This document shows positions 60,366 to 64,000 of a stretch of DNA of 64,000 bases, one piece after another (position 1 is the first letter of the stretch; each line of letters begins with the position of its first letter). Made by a program: the position numbers and the translations under genes. The notes beneath the pieces are model-generated. The model did no database searches and was not told the DNA's origin. It saw only the letters and a program-made list of their open reading frames with translations. Source of the DNA: Eledone cirrhosa (Eukaryota); the NCBI GenBank assembly GCA_964016885.1, contig OZ024740.1:66464001-66528000 (forward strand). Direction: 5' to 3'.

Positions 60366-61372
60366 ATTTGGGGAGGGTCATATTTGCGTAATATTGCCAG
60401 AATTAATAACAGAACACACTCACTGTTTGGTTGGTTTTCGCTTCTCGCTGTCTTTTATATATATATATACATCTGCGATCTAACTTACTCGGTCCTCAAT
60501 GTTGCCATTGACTGACCGGCGGTCAAAAATAATACAGATACAATATAGACACAAACACATATATATAGTTTACATAATTTACATAAATCTTTCGTTGCAC
60601 ATCTGCAACATCGTCAGTGGTGTTATATTCATTGTTCCTCCTGTTGTGTTGTATGTCTACGCCATTTTTTTTTTGTTCAGTCTGTCTATATATTTATTTA
60701 TTTATTTGCTTGTTTGTTTATCTTATTTTATTTTGTCTTCTTTGCGCATGCGTTTGCGTGTGTGTATAGTGTTATTTGTGATGTGTGACTAGTGTGTATA
60801 GTGTTGTGTCTGCTGGGTGACTAGTGTGTGTTTATGTGCTTGTGTATGTATTTATTTATCTTATTTTATTTAATTTTATTTACTTATTTATACTTCTCTT
60901 AGGTCAGTGTTGTTTGTTTGGGTGTTGTTGTTGTTCCACTCATTCTTTCTGTTTAGCTTGGGTCTTCTAATTTCTATTTCACTGGCCTCTCTGATTTGCC
61001 TATCTGCTGGGTCATTCCTATGTTTAGATATTATTCTAATTTCTATGTTGTCTATGTTACCGTCGTGTTGTTGTCTAGCATGTTCGTATAGTACTGATCC
61101 GTTTTTTCGTCCTTTTAGTTCCCCCCAGTGTTGGTCTATCCTTTCACCTATGCTACGAGCTGTCTCACCTATGTATGTTGTTGTCATGTTTCTGCAAGTA
61201 CCCTCTGTACATCTTATGCTATAGACTACGTTTCTGGTTTTACAGTTTATCCGGGGGTTCACCTTACATATGATACATTTCCTATTAGTACAGTGGGTTT
61301 TCTTAAAAGGGTAGGTTTTGCTGATCAGGGATTTTATGGTGGTTCCTGGTTTTCTACCACCTTGAGAGTGAG

Positions 61373-62965
61373 GTGGAGTTCTGCGACGTCGACACAGACG
61401 AACTGGGCCTCCTACTTAGACTTACCTACGACACTGACTACCTAGACAGCCATGACCTTAGATGTTTCTGCCCTAGTAGACCTATAAGAGGTAGATCCCC
61501 CACCATAACCTCAATGGCTAAAAAGACTCCCATAGGAAGGTGGATTGGGTGGACCAAAGCTATACGGACCCCCCAAAACACTGATCAGGTAAGAAAAATG
61601 GTCGCACATGCAATAGGGGCTAGTATCAAAACTACCCTAAAGGGCCACATATTTAAGTTCAATGAGAAAATCTACACCCAAAATAAGGGAGCAGCCATCG
61701 GCGTCAGCATAGCTGGTGATGTTGCCAACCTTTTCATGGTATGGTGGGAAAGGAGACTTAAAGATCTCCTTAATGAAAGCTCCATAGACCTCATCATGTA
61801 CTCTCGTTATGTAGACGATATCAATATAGTTATAAGAACACCCCCACTAGAGAGCACTAACAAGTTTAATTTAGAACGTAGCACGATGGAAAGCATCCAG
61901 CAGATAGCTAATTCCATACACCAGAGTATAACTGTAACTATAGACTTCCCTTCCAAACACCCTAACAATAGACTACCTGTATTAGACACAGAACTCTGGA
62001 TTAACACTATAGACGAGAGAGCCCAAATTCTCCACTCACACTATGCTAAACCCATGGCCTCCAAATACCTGATACTCAAAAACTCAGCAATGTCCAGTAG
62101 TGCTAAGTTTAATATTCTGATCGCAGATTTGGTACGAGTGATGAAGAATGTGTCCAGCATGTGCGACCCAGCAGAAATGGAAGGACACATCCAACACTTC
62201 ATCAACCGCATGCAGTTCTCTGGCTACAACCAAAGAGACAGAGTCAGAGTATACGAAGGAGCCATGGAAAAATATAAGACCCTCATAGAACTGGACATGA
62301 AAGGAATTTTCCCACTATACAGGAGCAAATCATGGAATAGCTTAGATAGGGCTAGACATAAGATAGGGAAGGCCACATCATGGTACGACAACCAGAGATA
62401 TCAGAGTGTCATGTTTGTGGATGCCACCCCTGGAGGGAAATTAGCTAACCAGTGTAGAAAGGCCCTGAGAAAGACCCACTTAAAAATAAAGGTGGTACAA
62501 AAGCCAGGAACCACCATAAAATCCCTGATCAGCAAAACCTACCCTTTTAAGAAAACCCACTGTACTAATAGGAAATGTATCATATGTAAGGTGAACCCCC
62601 GGATAAACTGTAAAACCAGAAACGTAGTCTATAGCATAAGATGTACAGAGGGTACTTGCAGAAACATGACAACAACATACATAGGTGAGACAGCTCGTAG
62701 CATAGGTGAAAGGATAGACCAACACTGGGGGGAACTAAAAGGACGAAAAAACGGATCAGTACTATACGAACATGCTAGACAACAACACGACGGTAACATA
62801 GACAACATAGAAATTAGAATAATATCTAAACATAGGAATGACCCAGCAGATAGGCAAATCAGAGAGGCCAGTGAAATAGAAATTAGAAGACCAAAGCTAA
62901 ACAGAAAGAATGAGTGGAACAACAACAACACCCAAACAAACAACACTGACCTAAGAGAAGTATAA
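61373..62965 (+). CDS. Second copy of the truncated PLE RT-GIY-YIG ORF
   Basis: Differs from 57892-59484 at 4 residues visible in the ORF track (P/S, M/I, E/K, H/Q). Confidence 0.8.
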   Translation: MEFCDVDTDELGLLLRLTYDTDYLDSHDLRCFCPSRPIRGRSPTITSMAKKTPIGRWIGWTKAIRTPQNTDQVRKMVAHAIGASIKTTLKGHIFKFNEKIYTQNKGAAIGVSIAGDVANLFMVWWERRLKDLLNESSIDLIMYSRYVDDINIVIRTPPLESTNKFNLERSTMESIQQIANSIHQSITVTIDFPSKHPNNRLPVLDTELWINTIDERAQILHSHYAKPMASKYLILKNSAMSSSAKFNILIADLVRVMKNVSSMCDPAEMEGHIQHFINRMQFSGYNQRDRVRVYEGAMEKYKTLIELDMKGIFPLYRSKSWNSLDRARHKIGKATSWYDNQRYQSVMFVDATPGGKLANQCRKALRKTHLKIKVVQKPGTTIKSLISKTYPFKKTHCTNRKCIICKVNPRINCKTRNVVYSIRCTEGTCRNMTTTYIGETARSIGERIDQHWGELKGRKNGSVLYEHARQQHDGNIDNIEIRIISKHRNDPADRQIREASEIEIRRPKLNRKNEWNNNNTQTNNTDLREV

Positions 62966-63226
62966 ATAAGTAAATAAAATTAAATAAAATAAGATAAATA
63001 AATACATACACAAGCACATAAACACACACTAGTCACCCAGCAGACACAACACTATACACACTAGTCACACATCACACATAACACTATACACACACGCAAA
63101 CGCATGCGCAAAGAAGACAAAATAAAATAAGATAAACAAACAAGCAAATAAATAAATAAATATATAGACAGACTGAACAAAAAAAAAATGGCGTAGACAT
63201 ACAACACAACAGGAGGAACAATGAAT

Positions 63227-63279
63227 ATAACACCACTGACGATGTTGCAGATGTGCAACGAAAGATTTATGTAAATTAT
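63227..63279 (+). ncRNA. Hammerhead in the 3' UTR of the Nematis-like PLE (minus copies 57579-57631, 60574-60626)
   Basis: CTGACGA-T-GTTGCA gatg TGCAAC-GAA-AGATTT-A; short interrupted stem I (ATAA..CA / TG..TTAT). Confidence 0.72.
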
Positions 63280-63506
63280 GTAAACTATATATATGAGTTT
63301 GTGTCTATATTGTATCTGTATTATTTTTGACCGCCGGTCAGTCAATGGCAACATTGAGGACCGAGTAAGTTAGATCGCAGATATATATATATAAAAGACA
63401 GCGAGAAGCGAAAACCAACCAAACAGTGAGTGTGTTCTGTTATTAATTCTGGCAATATTACGCAAATATGACCCTCCCCAAATATAACAATATATGTATA
63501 TATATT

Positions 63507-63590
<84 letters not shown>

Positions 63591-63593
63591 CAC

Positions 63594-63624
<31 letters not shown>

Positions 63625-63707
63625 TTTATATATATACACATATATATATATATGTATATATATTTATATATATACACACATATATATATATATATATGTA
63701 TATACAC

Positions 63708-63786
<79 letters not shown>

Positions 63787-63794
63787 TATATATA

Positions 63795-63890
<96 letters not shown>

Positions 63891-63915
63891 CACACATACA
63901 CATATATATATATAT

Positions 63916-63954
<39 letters not shown>

Positions 63955-63962
63955 TATATATA

Positions 63963-64000
<38 letters not shown>

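Noticed and set aside
63328-63380. Twister or HDV-like ribozyme suggested by GCCGGTC and GGCAACA
   Set aside because: The required pseudoknot pairings were not found; kept only as a hairpin

Overview
This is eukaryotic, AT-rich DNA with no recognisable host gene. It is probably from an invertebrate such as an octopus-like cephalopod, inferred from the RTE (GAT)n tails and tRNA-derived SINEs. A large fraction is (TA)n or cryptic (TA/CA/TG)n microsatellite, so the poly-(IY) ORFs in the track are artefacts. The microsatellites host many retroelements: three kinds of Penelope-like element (PLE; Naiad, Neptune and a Nematis-like family, all RT + GIY-YIG), an R4/Dong-type RLE LINE, RTE and CR1 LINEs, and SINEs. 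The main unannotated signal is RNA structure. I find about 20 intact or decayed type I hammerhead ribozyme (HHR) motifs, many with a self-complementary stem III and followed by AATAAA and then (TA)n. The strongest candidates for new biology are: (i) MITE-looking palindromes that appear to be HHR 3' halves folded back on stem II; (ii) a non-coding two-HHR retrozyme-like unit with a 555-nt monomer; (iii) an HHR with a ~116-nt stem II, flanked by a ~450-bp duplication of cryptic microsatellite; (iv) a 6.2-kb double-inverted PLE structure. All alignments and folds were done by eye and boundaries are approximate.
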